Source: the human T2T-CHM13v2.0 reference genome, Homo sapiens. From it: DNA of 64,000 nucleotides. The stretch lies in the NCBI RefSeq assembly GCF_009914755.1, contig NC_060945.1; one strand, 5' to 3'. Within the stretch, counting starts at the first letter, position 1, and each line of letters opens with the position of its first letter. The position numbers and the translations under genes were made by a program. Positions 41,116 through 60,885 of the stretch are shown here, piece by piece. The notes beneath the pieces were generated by a model that did not search any database, was not told the origin of the DNA, and saw only the letters and a program-made list of their open reading frames with translations.

Positions 41116-41129
41116 TTAAGTGAATGAAT

Positions 41130-41790
41130 TCTATGATTACATCTCCTGTTATGAACACTACACAACTTGTAATGTAATCTGTGTATGCATTAGCTTTTTA
41201 TCAACCCAGTCATGCTGACCTGAACTGAGTTTGAAGTCAACAAGATCCCTTTTCATAAGGGAAGTTCAATTTATATAGGTCTTTCCATTTTATAGCTGGA
41301 TGATTTTCTGAATCTCAATGCAGACTTACCTAGTTATCCCTAGTAGATTTCATTTCACTGTTTTCAGCTCTTCATCATGGACAACTGAGATATTTTGGAA
41401 TCCCCATTCAGTCACTTACCGCAGTGTCTTTCCTTCTTGATTCTATGTCATTCAGACATCTGACATTATGCATTCTACATTTTCCAATTTAAATGGAACC
41501 AGTCTTTGGTGACAGAGAAGGTGATGCCTAATCAGTATTATCTTAAAATAATTCAGCCTAGGAATAAGTCCTCTCAGATGACATTCTGTCTTCACCTGAA
41601 GCCAGATCAGTGTTCAGAGAACATGACTTTATGATTGATATTTCTATTAATGCCTTCTTGTTGACCCTAGTACTTCTGTCTTTTGACAAATTTTCTAATG
41701 TCGGGAACATGAAGAACATGAATTGATAGTGTCACGAAAAGAATAATAGGCAGAACATGAGGGAAAGGTTTGAGATATGGGTTGGGCTCT
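41130..41790 (-). mobile_element. L3/CR1 LINE fragment
   Basis: ttatccctagtagatttcat...gagatattttggaatcc...tatgtcattcagacatctga resembles the antisense CR1 RT region. Confidence 0.65.
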
Positions 41791-42855
41791 GGTTAGTGTT
41801 CAGAATTGGGCGGCCTGCATCGGACTGTCTGATCCAAAGTTTCATTGATTCTTGCCCCTGGGAATGTGAGAATCTGGGAACAGTTTGCAAATGTTTTCAT
41901 ACCCCTCCCATCTTCTTCATCATAAAGGAGCTCATTCATTTAGCTTTCCCTTCTTTTTACTGGCACCTTTTGAAAGAAAGGCAAGAATTAATGTGCATTT
42001 GGGAAACAAAAGTTGCCACGTACATATTTAGATTGTTAAACTATATTCAGAAAAATGAATACTTTTGGCATATATGCGTAAAGATCTTGGATCTATGCCC
42101 TTTTACAATGGGTAGTTACTTGCTTCTCAGCTACACCTCTGATTCTGGAATGAGGAAGAAAGTCTTCATAGTTTAAGAAAGTCTTCATAGTTTAAGAGCC
42201 AAGGACAGCAGAAAACATGGACTGAATGCCTTGAATCAGGGAATATCTCATGCAGTAGTGTGAAAAGCCAGGCATCTTTTGCCTTCAGTTGGTCCAAGAA
42301 GCTCTGAGAGTTAATGTATAGCTTCCCTGAGTTAGGGGTGGTTTCTCTGGCCTATATAGAAGATTTTTAAATGGGCTGCTATTGCTCCTTCCTTCTTTAC
42401 ATTCTTAACTTGGGCTGTTGACATTAACATGTTGTAAGAGAAATCAACAGAAGCCAGTTTAGAGGTTTTAGAAATTATGTCTTTGATGTCTAAGAAAAGC
42501 ATCTCAAACTATTTAAAATATTATATTGTGTTTTTTTATTGAGATATAAAATCTACCACAGAAATAAGCCACTGAACCCACAAAAGGTGCGTCAATTTCT
42601 GTAGAGATGTTTTAGGAAGAATATGATCAAATGTAAGACATGACAATAAAACAGCGTGTGCACAACACTTCTCATCTTCAAAGTATTTTACAAGCATTGC
42701 CTTGTTAATGCTCATGGCTCATCACTGAGATGGCAGGTGTGTGCTATTTATCCCATTCCATAGGTGACAAACCCAAGAAAGGTGAATGGGTCACCTGATG
42801 GAGTGGTATCAGATACTGCTGATACCATGGGCATTGGGGTTGACACAGCATTGAG

Positions 42856-42958
42856 TGTCCAGATGTCCCTTCTGTGACCAGGAAGATTGTCCAGATGTCC
42901 TCATTGTGACCAGGAAGATTGTCCAGATGTCCTTATTGTGACCAGGGAGAGACTGTCC
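42856..42958. repeat. 32-bp tandem repeat, about 3 copies
   Basis: Unit tgtccagatgtccYYMYtgtgaccaggaagat starting at 42856, 42888 and 42920. Confidence 0.95.
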
Positions 42959-43590
42959 TGCTTTTTGAAAGCACCCAGTGCCCTAGCTTCCCTCTTCAGC
43001 CTTCTTCTTCCACTGTTCATTTCTACTTGGGCTTGGAAATCCCACTCATTCCCAGAGCTCAACTATTCTCCATGTGTTGGTACTCCAACATTTAACTTGC
43101 TCTAGATCTCAAGTGCAAGAGCTATATTTCCACCTCTTGATTGTGTTACTTCCTCCGTTCTGTCAGCCTTCCCCAAAAGTCATTTTCTCCACAATTTAAC
43201 TCATTGTTTCTCGCAGATCTTGGGATCTATACCTCTGCTAAAGGTACCATCAAATTCCTTGATTCAAAATCTGAGGTTATTTGCAGAATTTCTCTCTTCC
43301 TCTTCTCTCACAGGGATATTGTCTTTGCTCTGGCCATGACCAAGAGTGTGATTTCAGGAAAGTTTCTTAACCTTCCTGAGCTTCTGTTTTCTCTTCAGTT
43401 TAATAACAACAATAACATGAGGTTACTGTGAGAATTAAAGCACAGAAGAACATCTAGCACATACTACTCAACAGGTGGTAACTAATTACCGCTCAAGTAT
43501 CCCACCCTCAATTTTCCTTTTCTTCACTCCAGCCAGTAGCCTGGTTCAGATCATCTTTCCTTCTATAACAGACAATTTTTAATCACTTGT

Positions 43591-44303
<713 letters not shown>

Positions 44304-44350
44304 CTTCTAAATAGGTGTCTCTTCCTTTATAATTGCCTCTTCAACAGCAC

Positions 44351-45115
<765 letters not shown>

Positions 45116-45614
45116 GGAGAGCTTCCAAACTGTTCTCCATGTTACCACCAGAAAAAAAAAAAAAAAAGGCAAGTGACATCTCCATTAGGTCATGCTCCTA
45201 CCCAAACGCTTCCACTGGCATCTCATTGTATATGAAATAAAGTCCAAACCCTGAAGACAACATGAGAATTACTTGCCATCAGCCTCTCTCCTTTCCTGCC
45301 TTGCCTCCTCCACCCCAGCTTCCATTCTCTGCTATACCATCTTTGAAAAACCACCTGTTCACCCCAGACACACCCAGCACCTCCTCACCTTCTTGCCTTT
45401 GCTCTCTGCCTATAAAGCCTCCCTACATCCATCTGCCAAGACATGACTTGTTTTGCAAGTGCCAGCTCAAATGTAGCCTTCCCCTGAGGCAGCAGTGTTT
45501 CTTCTTATAAGGAATCTCTTGCATCTTGGGGCTTCCATGGTACTTTGCTTCCAGCAAAATCCCAGACTCTTTCACATTCTGCTGAGAGTTAGTATGAATG
45601 ACATTGCCGACTGT

Positions 45615-45850
45615 TGAGGCAGCGTGGTTGTGAGTCAGAGTTCAGGAGCCTCCATGCCCAGCCTGGATCACCCCTAACAGCATGAGGGGCTTAGTACTAA
45701 TTCCTCGAAGGCTCTTTCTCTCTTTTTAGAAACTCTGTAAATTGGGGTAATGATGGTACCTACTGCCTAACAAGCATTGTTGCAATAATTAAAAGAAAAT
45801 ATGCGTGTAAAGTGCTTACAAAGTGACTGCTACATAGCAACTTAATTTTT
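45615..45850 (+). mobile_element. MIR SINE
   Basis: tctgtaaattggggtaatgatggtacctac...gtgtaaagtgctta. Confidence 0.75.
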
Positions 45851-46032
45851 TTTATCTTCTTTCCTATCTAGATAAGAATTTTTTTGGTAGCAGTTACTGC
45901 CTTATCTGTCTCTCTATAGCCGCTCAGGCTGTAGCATGATGCTGAGTATATGGGAGCCACACAATAACTATTTACTGGGTTAAACCAGTCAATATTTTAA
46001 AATTCCCATTCAAATTCTGTTTTGCACAATGA

Positions 46033-46469
<437 letters not shown>

Positions 46470-47029
46470 TTAATTTATTTATTTTTTTTGTTAACCCATG
46501 CATTATTTTGTTTGTTTCTTAAAGCAAATCTTTGCAATAGGTACCTAAAGAAGTAAACCACTGTATAGTCAATAGAGATTTCAGGTGCTGAGAGATGGAC
46601 TTGTCCTAAGGGGGTTAGAGGCAACAGGGGTTTATGCCCCATGGTAAGGATTCCCTGTCTACTGTTCTTTTCATTAAACAAAGTCCCATGGCAAGAATAA
46701 CCCCTCCAAGCCTACAAGCCCCAGGAGATATTCCCAACAATGAAAACATGCTCAAGGCATTTTGGGTGATGAGGTACAATCAGGAAATTGACAATGCTGG
46801 GTCAATGCAGTGAGTCTTAGCTATGGGATCAGATGGACTTGGGTTCGATTCGCCCAGGGGTTGGTACACTGCCTCTGTGCACCGATATGTGAAATGGGGA
46901 TCTTGATAATCATGTGATAGATTGTCTTAAAGGTCAAAGTAAGCAATATATGTGATGTACATCACATTGCATTGTGGATGCTTGGTAAATTTTATTTCCC
47001 CACCCCTTCACAAGCTTGATAATTAGCAC

Positions 47030-47350
47030 ACGTTCATCCAAAAGAAAGAGACAGAGATTTCTTATAAAAAATTGAGTCACATTATTATGGAGGCTGGTAA
47101 GTCCAAAATCTGCAAAATGGGCCCATTGGAGATTCAAGAAAACCGATTGCACAGAGGAAGCCTGAAGGTCATCTACAGGAAAATTCCCTGTTGCTCAGGG
47201 AGGCTGGTCTGTTTCTTTTATTCAGACCTTCAACTGATTGGATGAGGCCCACCAAATTACAGAGGGCAATTTGCCTCACTTAAAGTTCAGCAATGTAAAT
47301 GTTAATCTCATCCCAAGACACCTTCCATGTTGACACATAAAATTAACACA
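47030..47350 (-). mobile_element. MLT2-family ERVL LTR
   Basis: attatggaggctggtaagtccaaaatctgca...tattcagaccttcaactgattggatgaggcccacc...gttgacacataaaattaac. Confidence 0.85.
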
Positions 47351-48389
47351 AATACTATCCTAAAAATGCTTGGTGCTTAATGAGGCCAAGAAAATAATTT
47401 CAATTTTTTTAGTAAGTTGCTATTACTTGTAACCAATTACTTCTTCAGAATATACATCAGGTGATGCCTTTCTGTAGATGGATTAGAACCAAAATTGTTG
47501 TTCACATTACTACTGTGGGTTCTGATAAGGAATAAGCATCATGTTACAAAATTTGAGATATTTGTGACTATCTGTAGAGGGTTCTAGGGAAACCATGAGC
47601 CTGCTTGATGCCTTTGTGCAAATTCTTTTTTTTGGCAAATGCTGGCAAGGGCAGTACAGGCTGGATTTTTTCCTTCAGCCATGGTACATGGACAGCTGGT
47701 GACCTCAGACCATTTTGTATGGCTTGTGTATTCCACCACACCATGTATATGAACTGTGGCCTTAGAATACCTTTTAGTCTGAATCAGGTCATGTTCTAGT
47801 CAAGTTGCAACTTAGTGATGCATCATTTATGTCAAAAAAATATGTCAGCTGTACTGATTCACAAGCCGAGCATAATAAATGAGCATAATAAACGAATGTA
47901 AGTAAAATGGAACCTATCCCTGACGTTGGGCAGGTCTTTGCCCTGTTTTTCAATGCATCCTGCCACCTTTCTCAGGAACCCAGTGTACCGTCTTCACCAA
48001 AACACCAGGACATCTCATTATTCCTTGTGTCAAAGCAAAATCTCTTACAGGAAATTTAAGTAAATTCATCATTTTATTCTCTTATGAGTGAAAGGAAACA
48101 AAATGCTTTTTTTCCACATCATGACTACACTGTAAGTTTTAAGATGTGAAGTAAACAGCAATTTGTGCTTGAGCCTAGATGTAGAACATTTTCTCCATTG
48201 GACATCCTTCAGCCTCTTGACCTTTGAAATAAATATCAGAGACAGAACTTCCCCACCCTCTCACAACCATGGTCAGGGTGTGCATGTGAGGAAAGGGGAG
48301 AGTTCTAGCAGCAAGAGCCAAACCAGTCCTGGAGATCACACGGTCAGCCCTCACTGTACCCATGCAAACCACCACCAGTAGAAATAATA

Positions 48390-51050
<2,661 letters not shown>

Positions 51051-53419
51051 TAAAGAGGAAGATTTAGTAATTTGCCCACGATCACATCACAAATACGTGG
51101 CAGAACTGGGTTTGAAAACAGATCCTCTTCCATCTTGAGCAATCTTTGGTCCAGATTTCACAGCAGCCACAAGAGGAGTGGGGTGGGACTGCACCCTCTT
51201 TTCTTATTCACACCTCCTCCTCCATTGAGGCTGCAACATAGTTCATTTTCGCCTGACCACCCCCAGATGCAATGGGTTTGCAGGAAAGAAACACATCATT
51301 CAATCAGCTGCCATTTCTCAAAGCCATCTGGAAAGGCTGTGCTGGATTGCACTGAGGTGAAAAGCAAAGCAGTTCTCTCCGATTCCTTCATCCTGCATGG
51401 GTCCAGGCACTTCTGTGCCTCCTTTCCTTTCACCTAAAATCCTTCCTGGATTCACAAGAAATGTGTAATCCACGATGGTCCCTCGCTTTGTCTCACACAC
51501 TAACATCTACATATTTCTGTGGCATCTCATGTTTATTTAGTCTGATGATAATTTTTCATTCTCTTTTTTCTTTTGCTTGGTTCTGTTTGCCTGATGTTTC
51601 CATGCCTTGCCTATATGACTTATGGTGAAACTCTCCAGACGTAATTATTTGGTGTAAATATAATGGCTGAAAATTAATATTTATAGCATTTAAGGAGTGT
51701 TGTATTTTTGTTGTTAATGATGACGTTGTTTCAAAATTTCAAGACTCTCTTTGGATAATTGATGTATTCATATTTAACATGCAATAATATTGCACAAGTG
51801 TATTGGAAAAAGCAAGTGTTGAAATTGTTGGACCAGCTCTTTTTCATTTGACACCTACTCTTTACCCTATTGAACTTCACCTTCTTTGTCTCTGAGCACT
51901 TCTAAACTGCAGAAGACACTTGCAACTCTAAATTCACGTTGACTGTTCCACTAAAGCAACAGAAGTGATATCAAGTAGATTCATATATTTTAAAGGCCAA
52001 AGAGTATTGGTTCAAAAATTGCTCCTTTTTAAAATATACTCCATATGGCCATGGGTTTCTCAAGTAGACCACAGTTTGATTTAAGAACATTTTTCCCTCT
52101 TGAGAAAAACAAAAAACCACACTAACATATCTAGAACATTTTTCCTGCCCTCTCTTTGCACAATACCCCACCTAGTATTATGAGGGATTGTAGGCCTAAC
52201 TAAATACCCCCAACTTACCTTAAGTACACACCCTCCGAACTCCCCAAACCAGTTAGGCCTTATTGAAAGAGTTTTGCCATTCAAACGCCTTCCCAGTTGT
52301 CCTGTCTTAGCCACACCCACAAAACAAATGCAACTGCTCACTCTAGAGCCAGCCGGTGGGCAAATAGAGCTCAGCTTCCAGCCTCTCCCAGGCCAGGCAT
52401 ACATTTGGCCTGAAGCTGTTTTGCTGTTTTGTACAAATGGAAGCCACTCAACTGCTTTTACACCTTATTTTAATGCCTTATTATTTCAAAGGGATCTCTG
52501 TTCTTATTGACAATAATTACTGTTAACTCCCCCATCAAGTTCAAAGGTTTCTGTGATTATGAAACTTCTTCTAAAGACTAGCCGATTAATCCAACTTGTT
52601 ATTAAATTAGAACTATATTCTTGACCTGTTTTAATGGAGGTTTTATTACTGCTTTCCTAATAAGCTTAACTATCACCTTGAAATCACATCAATATTTCTC
52701 TAATCTTTATTATCTCTATTAGGAGTCCATGGGCTCACTCGCTATTAGATAGGCATTTAATGTCTACTATAATCTGGCCCTAAATTATCAAATTCATTTC
52801 AACTCCCTGATTCCCCCACCTCCGCCCACCTGGTCCCCCCTCCTCCTCAATGCACTTGCATCTTCTTGTCCAACCAAATACAGAGCTTTATACTTTGATG
52901 TCTGAACACACGATATGTACATATATCAGCCTCTTTCCTTTACCCTGCAAGCAATGGCCTCTCCCTTCCTTTCTCTGTCCTCTTCCTACCCAGCTCCTCC
53001 AGCCTGCCTTGTTCACTCTGCTCTTGCTCACTCTGCCAAGGCCATAGGATCTTGAAAACGCCTATAGCCTCTCCCACCCATGTGGCACTAGTACACAGAG
53101 TTTAGCACTAATTTAAGACTTGGTGTTTATCTCTAGCTCCTAAGTTCACAGCTAGAAAACAAACTTCAAGGAAGTGGAGTTTGCTCCTATGTTATTGTGG
53201 TTTCAAACTTTGACAAAGGAAAGAATCCCTAGACCTGGAATCTGAAGAGTTGGCAGGCAGTAAATAGTTCTAGCGATTTATCAGCTGTATGGTCCTGCAT
53301 TTGCCACTTACCCTTCTCTTGGCCTCAGTGTCTCATTCATAAATTGGAGAAAATGCCTTTTCCGACTACCTGACTGCATTGCTGCAAGGAGCAGACGTGT
53401 TGCTCAGGCAGAAAACCTT

Positions 53420-54200
53420 GGAGTTGCTTTGGCTCTCCACTATCTTCTACTCTCAAATCCAAATCATCAGTGAATTCTGCTGGCTCTTCCACCATAGCCT
53501 ATCTTGGCTGAAACCACTTCTCGCCACCTTCAATTTACCCCCTGGCCCTCACCCTATCCCTTCTCAATTGGATTGTTGAAATACCCTCCTAACTCATCTT
53601 CCTGCTTCTACCCTTGAGTGGTGCTCTCTGCAATCTCTTTCATGTGATGTTTCAAAGCCAGTGTCAGAATATCACTGCTCTGCTCAGAACTCTCTAGCAC
53701 CCTATGGTCTAGCTCGGGATAAAGTGCAAAGTCCTGACAGGGTGCCTCTCAGCCCACCTCCTTCTGCTCTCCCTCTCAACCACCACTCTAGCGATTGCCT
53801 CCTCTTGCATCTGGAACATCAGAAGGGCCGAGTTCTGACTTACTTTTGCTTGGCCTGGCATGAACCTCCCCGAGTAGCTGCTCGATTTCCTTTCAGCACC
53901 ACTCTCTGTGTTTTCAGCCCACTTTGACAGGAGACTCTCTGAATGGCCCCTTGAAAAGCACCTTAACCCACCTATCCCCGAACATGCTTTCTTCCTCTTC
54001 AGAGTTCTTATCACCAATGACATAACATGTATTTATGTGCTTATGTCTGTGGTTTCTGTCTGTCTCTGCTAGAACGTTAGCCTCATGAGAGCAGATGCCT
54101 TGTTTGGTTTACTGCCATATCCCCAGCATGAGAGTTCCTGGAACATAGTAGGTGCTCAATAAATACCTATAAAATAAATGAACAAGCGAATGAATGAATA
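53420..54200 (+). mobile_element. L2 3' region
   Basis: atccaaatcatcagtgaattctgctggctc...ccccagcatgagagttcctggaacatagtaggtgctcaataaata...gaatgaatgaa. Confidence 0.85.
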
Positions 54201-54234
54201 TAATGGAGTTTATTTGAAACTCTACAGTTTTAAT

Positions 54235-54413
54235 CCACTGTTCTCTACCTTGGTTGTCCATTAAGATCCACTGAGGAATTTTAAAGAATACTGATGTTCA
54301 GAACACACCCTAAACCATTTAAATCAAAATCTATTGGACTGAAGCCCAGGTGTTGGTACTTTTAAAAAACTCCCTAGATGTTTCCAATGTATAACCAAGG
54401 TTGAGACCTATTG
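54235..54413. mobile_element. MER5A-like MITE
   Basis: aatactgatgttcagaacacaccc...aaatcaaaatct...aaactccctagatgtttccaatgt...ggttgagacctattg. Confidence 0.75.
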
Positions 54414-54999
54414 CTCTCGAGCATATAAAACAGTATTTGTTTCTAATTGGATTTGCGTTCCCAGCTAGCACCTTGCTAGCTAAGTGCCTTGTACATTTCA
54501 AATACTTCTTGATTGGTTGTTTTTAAAAATGACCACTTTTAATGCATAGAATAGTTTGTGCACTGGGAAAAAAAACCTCAATACTATTTTACTTGGTTAG
54601 ATTTAGATCGGTATCTTATTTGGGGAATGGAACCACAAGAATTGAGTAGCTATTCTCTGCAAGGTACTCTGCCAGTTACTAAAGATACAAATCCCATTTA
54701 ATACCATGTAATGACGATAATATTTTTCATATGGTAAACCAATGTAGTTTTTTTATTCCTTGCAAATCATTTTGCCCTGTGGCTCCCCACAGATTGAATC
54801 AGAGGCATTTATTGCTTCAGGGGAAGGCAGATACTGCCTAAAACAAAGACAACTTTGTTCAGCTTTGAGGAGCAGACTAGATTTGTTAAGCTCAGACGAG
54901 ACAACAGTCTTGAAAGCTAAGCTTGTGGAGAGAGAAAAGAATTTGATAAATACTCAAAGCTTCCCTTTAATCATAAATGAGAAAACTTGTGGGAGTGAC

Positions 55000-56742
55000 G
55001 AGTAAGTTGTCAAACTTTTTTTTATTTCAGGACACCTTTGCAATATTAAGAATTATTAAGGCCCCAGATAACTTTTGTTGGTTTACAGGGGTTATATATT
55101 TATCAGTAGTTACTATATTTATAAATTAAAATTGAGACATGTAAAAATATTTATTAATTCATTCTTATAAGATCAATGTTAAATCCATTACATGTTAACT
55201 TAAGGGATACATTTCTGGGAAATAATTACATTGTCCAAAACAATATGTAAGGAGTGACTTTTTAAAAAAAATATTTTTTGGAAATCTCTTCAATGTCTAG
55301 TTTGATAGAAAGTTAAATTTTTATATCTGCATCTGCATTCAGTCTGTTTCAATCTGCTGTTTTGGTTGAAGTACATGAAGAAAATCCAGCTTCACACACA
55401 TATTTATTAATAGTTCAAAAATGCAAGGTATATTAATCGCCATTTCAGATTATTGTGGAATTATTCTTTGAAAAAAATCCTACTTCTTAATGTTTAGTTG
55501 CCATATGGAATTTCAAACTATAGCAATGAATTTTCATACTTTGATATATTAAACTTAATTTATCCATCTCATGCTTTGAATAGATCTTTTACTCATGTAT
55601 GTTTTTGTAACATTATGTATTGGCCACTTGGAAACTATCAGTTCACTAAGTTATGTAGATCTTTCAAATGTTGACACATTTCATTACTCAATATTTTAAA
55701 AAATCACATTTGTTAATATCACTATCCATGTCATCAGAAATGTCTGTAAGCACTTGGAAGTAAGTTCACAGGGGTGGAAACAAATTTCTAAAATTCTTAT
55801 TTTTGTTGAAAATTCAAATTTTATCATTAGCAACAAATGTTCTCAGCTGTTTTTCTTGAAGTGACAGGCTTGCTTTAATCATTTTCAAGAAAATATCTCC
55901 ATAACACCTACGTTTGAATAACTATAGTTTGTACGTCAGTTATTTTTCAAATAAGAGTGGTGTTTTATGAAAAAGAGGCTAGTTCAGAATACTCACAACT
56001 TGCTTCTGCTTCTTCAGACAACCACTGTGGTCCAGTATGTAGCAGAGGTGGTTTATGCATACTTCCTGTCTGGTTATATAAAATATTAAAAAGATGTGTA
56101 CTCAAGGGATGAGATTTAATAGCATTAATTTTTTTATTGCTTCATGGAGGACATAATTTAATGAAACTGATTTTTTTTAACTGTACATGGATGGCGGAAA
56201 AAATGCAGTGACTACTAGTTGTGTTTAACAGCACTGTCTTTTTTTTTTTTTTTTTTTTGAGACAGAGTCTCCCTCTGTCACCTAGGTTGAAGTGTAGTGG
56301 TGCAACCTCAGCTCACTGCAACATCCGCCTCCCGGATTCAAGTGATTCTCATGCCTCAGACTCCTGAGTAGCTGGGACTACAGACATGCACCATCACGCC
56401 CGGCTAATTTTTGTATTTTTAGTAGAGACGGGGTTTCGCCATGTTGGCCAGGCTGGTCTTGAATTCCTGACCCAAGTGATCTGCCCGCCTCGGCCTCCCA
56501 AAGTACTGGGATTACAGGCGTGAGTCACTGAGCCTGGCCTCATACCACTGTCTTGATTGTTGCTATGGTGCTCATAATTTTACACACCAATATTTTTACA
56601 ACATCAATGAAGAATGTCGACACATTTTTTAAAAGCAAATAATGTCTTTGTATTTATCAAAATCATTTTGTGCCTCATAGACACCCCTGCTAGGGTCTCG
56701 GGGATGCCCAGCAGTTGACATGTCACACTTTAAAGACTCCTG
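55000..56742 (-). mobile_element. Charlie1a-like hAT DNA transposon, near full length, interrupted by an Alu
   Basis: tcaaactttt...tcaggacaccttt...aaatccattacatgttaac...tatctgcatctgcattca; far end gggtctcggg...cacactttaaagactcctg. Confidence 0.85.
56239..56539 (-). mobile_element. Alu, AluS
   Basis: Antisense dimer with poly-T; TSD core cactgtctt. Confidence 0.97.
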
Positions 56743-56921
56743 CACTAGACTAATCATAGAGGATGTGATATAAAGGAAGCCCCATTTCTTAAAGGTTTCA
56801 GGAAGAAGGGAAGCTTCTGGTCCCTTAAGCATGGAATGAAAAGTGGAGAGGATATAACTGGCAGGGTGGAGACATGGGCAGAGGCATGGAGTTTGAAACA
56901 ACCAGAAAGATTTGAGGGCAT

Positions 56922-57215
56922 GGCTGGGTGCAGTGGATCATGCCAGTAATCCCAGCACTTTGGGAGGCTGAAGTGGGAGGATTGCTTGAGCCCAGGAGTT
57001 TGAGATCAGCTGGGTAACATAGTGAGACACCCATTTCTACGACAAATAAAAATAAAAATTAGCATGGTGTCATGGCATACACTTGTAGTTCCAGCTACTT
57101 GGGAGGCTAAGGTGAGACGGTTGCTTGAGCCCAGGAGTTTGAGACTGCTGTGAGCTATTATCATGCCACTGCACTCCAGGCTGGGTTGACTTATCTTTTG
57201 TGTAAAAAAAATAAG
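56922..57215 (+). mobile_element. Alu, AluJ
   Basis: ggattgcttgagcccaggagtttgag in both arms; flanking aaagatttgag repeat. Confidence 0.95.
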
Positions 57216-57374
57216 AAAAGATTTGAGAAAAGTTCCCCAAGGAAGGTTTGTTTCTCACTTCCCAGGGTATAGCCCAGAGGAACATTCACCTCCTGAGAAT
57301 AGCCTGATATTCAGTATGGCATGGGTCCCACATGGTGCTTCCCAAGATGCAGACTGAAAATGACCGGTACATGA

Positions 57375-58200
57375 CACCATACTTAATAGTGAAAGACTGA
57401 ATTATTTTCTTCTAAGATTGGAAACAAGGAAAGGACATCTACTCTCACCACTCTGATTCAACATAATACTAAAAGTTCTAGGCACTGCAATAAGGCAAGG
57501 AAAATTAATAAAATGTATGCAAATTGGAAAGGAAGAAATAAAAACTGTCCCTATTTGCCGATAACATAAATGTCTGAATAGAAAAGCCCAATGAATCTAT
57601 CAAATAACAACAAAAATTTCCTAGAAGTGAATTAAACAAAGTTGCCAGATACCTAATTAATAGACAAAAATCACTTGTATTTATATCTACTAAGAATGGA
57701 CATGTGAAAACTGAACTTAAAAACAGTACTATTTATAATCATGCCAGAGAAATTTAAATATTTTGGTTAAATAAACTTAACAAAACATGTATAAGATCTA
57801 TATGCTAAAAATTACAAGATGCTGATAAAGGAAATCAAACAATGCTTAAATTAATAGAGAGGCATACCATGCTCATGGATTGGAAGAGTCAACATAGTAA
57901 ATACATCAGTTCTTTCCAGCTTGGCCTATAGATTAGATAAAACTTCTATCAAAATCCCAGCAAGATTTCTGTAGGCACAGATAAGCTTATTTCAAACTTT
58001 ATATGGAAAGGCACTAGCCCTAGAATAGCAAAAACAATCTTGACCAAAAAATGAATAAAGTGCAAATAATTAGTACTTGCTATTAATAGTTATTAATTCT
58101 ATATAGCTGTAATATCAAGACAGTGAGGAATAGACAGTGGAACAGAACAGAGAGCCTAGAAATAAACCTACACAAATACGTGCAACTGATTTTTTTTCTC
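57375..58200 (+). mobile_element. Ancient L1M ORF2 (RT region) fragment, degraded
   Basis: ctactctcaccactctgattcaacat; ctgtccctatttgccgataacat (decayed FADD); atgctcatggattggaagagtcaacatag. Confidence 0.88.
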
Positions 58201-58309
58201 CTAGAAAGTAAATTCCAGTTGTGATAAAGTATGCACAAAAGAACTAAGAACACAGTGAAATACAATAATTTTAATTCTGACCATGAGTAATTTTTAAAAA
58301 TTAAGTACA

Positions 58310-58910
<601 letters not shown>

Positions 58911-59821
58911 GGCCAGAATGAACCCAGGAGACAGCCCCTAGACCCAATGTGGTTCTAGCACCTACAACTTCCACCTTCAAACCAGGATGATGTATAAATT
59001 CTGTTTATATTTGTTTTGATGCCCCTGGAAAGAAATCCCAAATTGACTTAACTCAAATCCTCAAAAGACTACCCATTTATGCAAAAGTGACTGAGTTAAT
59101 CTGAAAGAGTGTTTTAAACCAGTTAAAACTAAGATACTCATACTGACCAGTTTGACTTTTCTTCCCCTTTTATAGGGGAACACAGAAGCTCCAAAATGAG
59201 ATCAGTTATGGAAAATAAGGAACATTCTAATTTTTTTTTTTTAGGATCTGAGTCATAGCATCTAGGTTCCCATCTTCTCAGCTCCTAACAATCCTAGTTT
59301 CAAGATGAGGAAACTGAGGCTCAGAAACATTGAGAGACTGCCCAATGTCACATGTAAATTCAAGTCTGTCTGCTTTCAAATCCATTTTTTAAGCAAAGAC
59401 TGACTTTTGATAATAAGATTAATATCAAAGCTAGATGCTTTTCATAAACTCTTACTAAGAAGGGTCATATACTGTAACATCTCACCCAAATCAAGCTCTA
59501 CAATTTTTGAGAACTTATAAAGCAAAGCAAAACAAAACAGAATTTTCTAATTTTCAGGAACTCCTTTATATAAGCTCCCCAACCTTATTACTATTCAAAA
59601 TTTAAAACATTTTTTTTTTTTAAAAAAGGATAGCAGTAAAAAAATTACAACCAGTAGTCAATTAGTATATTACTTACATGCTGCTTAATACTGGGTGGTA
59701 TTTATTGAACATCGACTCGGCGTCTATCCCTAGGCTAAGCAATTTCCATGCATCATCTCATTCCAGTTTCATGACCAACTTTTGAGGAAGGCTGAGTAGC
59801 AGAACCCAGGACACACCCTGA

Positions 59822-60185
<364 letters not shown>

Positions 60186-60449
60186 TAAGTTCCTAAAAAG
60201 GTAGTACATGAAAGAGAGAAAGTGTGTGTGTCTCTATGTGTGTATACACATACAAACATGCAGGTGCCTGCTGAAGTTTCCTCAAAGCACTGACATATTA
60301 CTTTATTTTGAAAAGATAATTTTTGTGATTAACTGCCCTTGGATAAATTTTAGCGATAGAACTTTTAATATGTGGATTATGAAAAAAATTTAAGCCTTGT
60401 TTCTTTTGAGATTTAAACTATACTACAACCAAATGTAAGCGACACAGTG

Positions 60450-60885
60450 CGTTAAAGGTTGAATTGTATGTTCACAAAAAAGATAGGTGGAAGTACAAAC
60501 CCCCCAGTACCTTAAAATGTGATTATATTTGGAAATAGGGTCTTCACAAATGTAATCTAGTTAAGATGAGGTGTTTGAAGTTTAATCAAAATATGACTGA
60601 TGTCCTTATAAGAAGAGGAAAATGCAAAAATGCCACGTGACGGTAGAGGCTGAGAGTGGGGTGAGGCAGCTGCAAGTCAAGGAATGCCAGAGATTGACAA
60701 CCCCTGCCAGGAGCTGGAAGAGGAAAGGAAGGATTCTATCCAGAATTTCAGAGGGGGCATGACCCTGCTGACACCTTGATCTAGAAATTCTGGTCTCTAG
60801 AACTGCAAGAGAATAAATACATTTTTGTTATTTTAAGCCACTCAGATTGTGGTATTCTGTTATGGCAGACCTAGGAAACTGACAC
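60450..60885 (+). mobile_element. MLT1C-like MaLR solo LTR
   Basis: atttggaaatagggtcttcac...gcagctgcaagtcaaggaatgcc...ttatggcagacctaggaaactgac. Confidence 0.88.

Noticed and set aside
42856-42958. CRISPR-like appearance of the 32-bp repeats (also 27138-27217)
   Set aside because: Units are head-to-tail with no unique spacers, there are no cas genes, and the DNA is primate.
53891-53911. TTCAGCACC, a REST/RE1 left half-site
   Set aside because: The right half (GGACAG) is absent and the site lies within L2 sequence.
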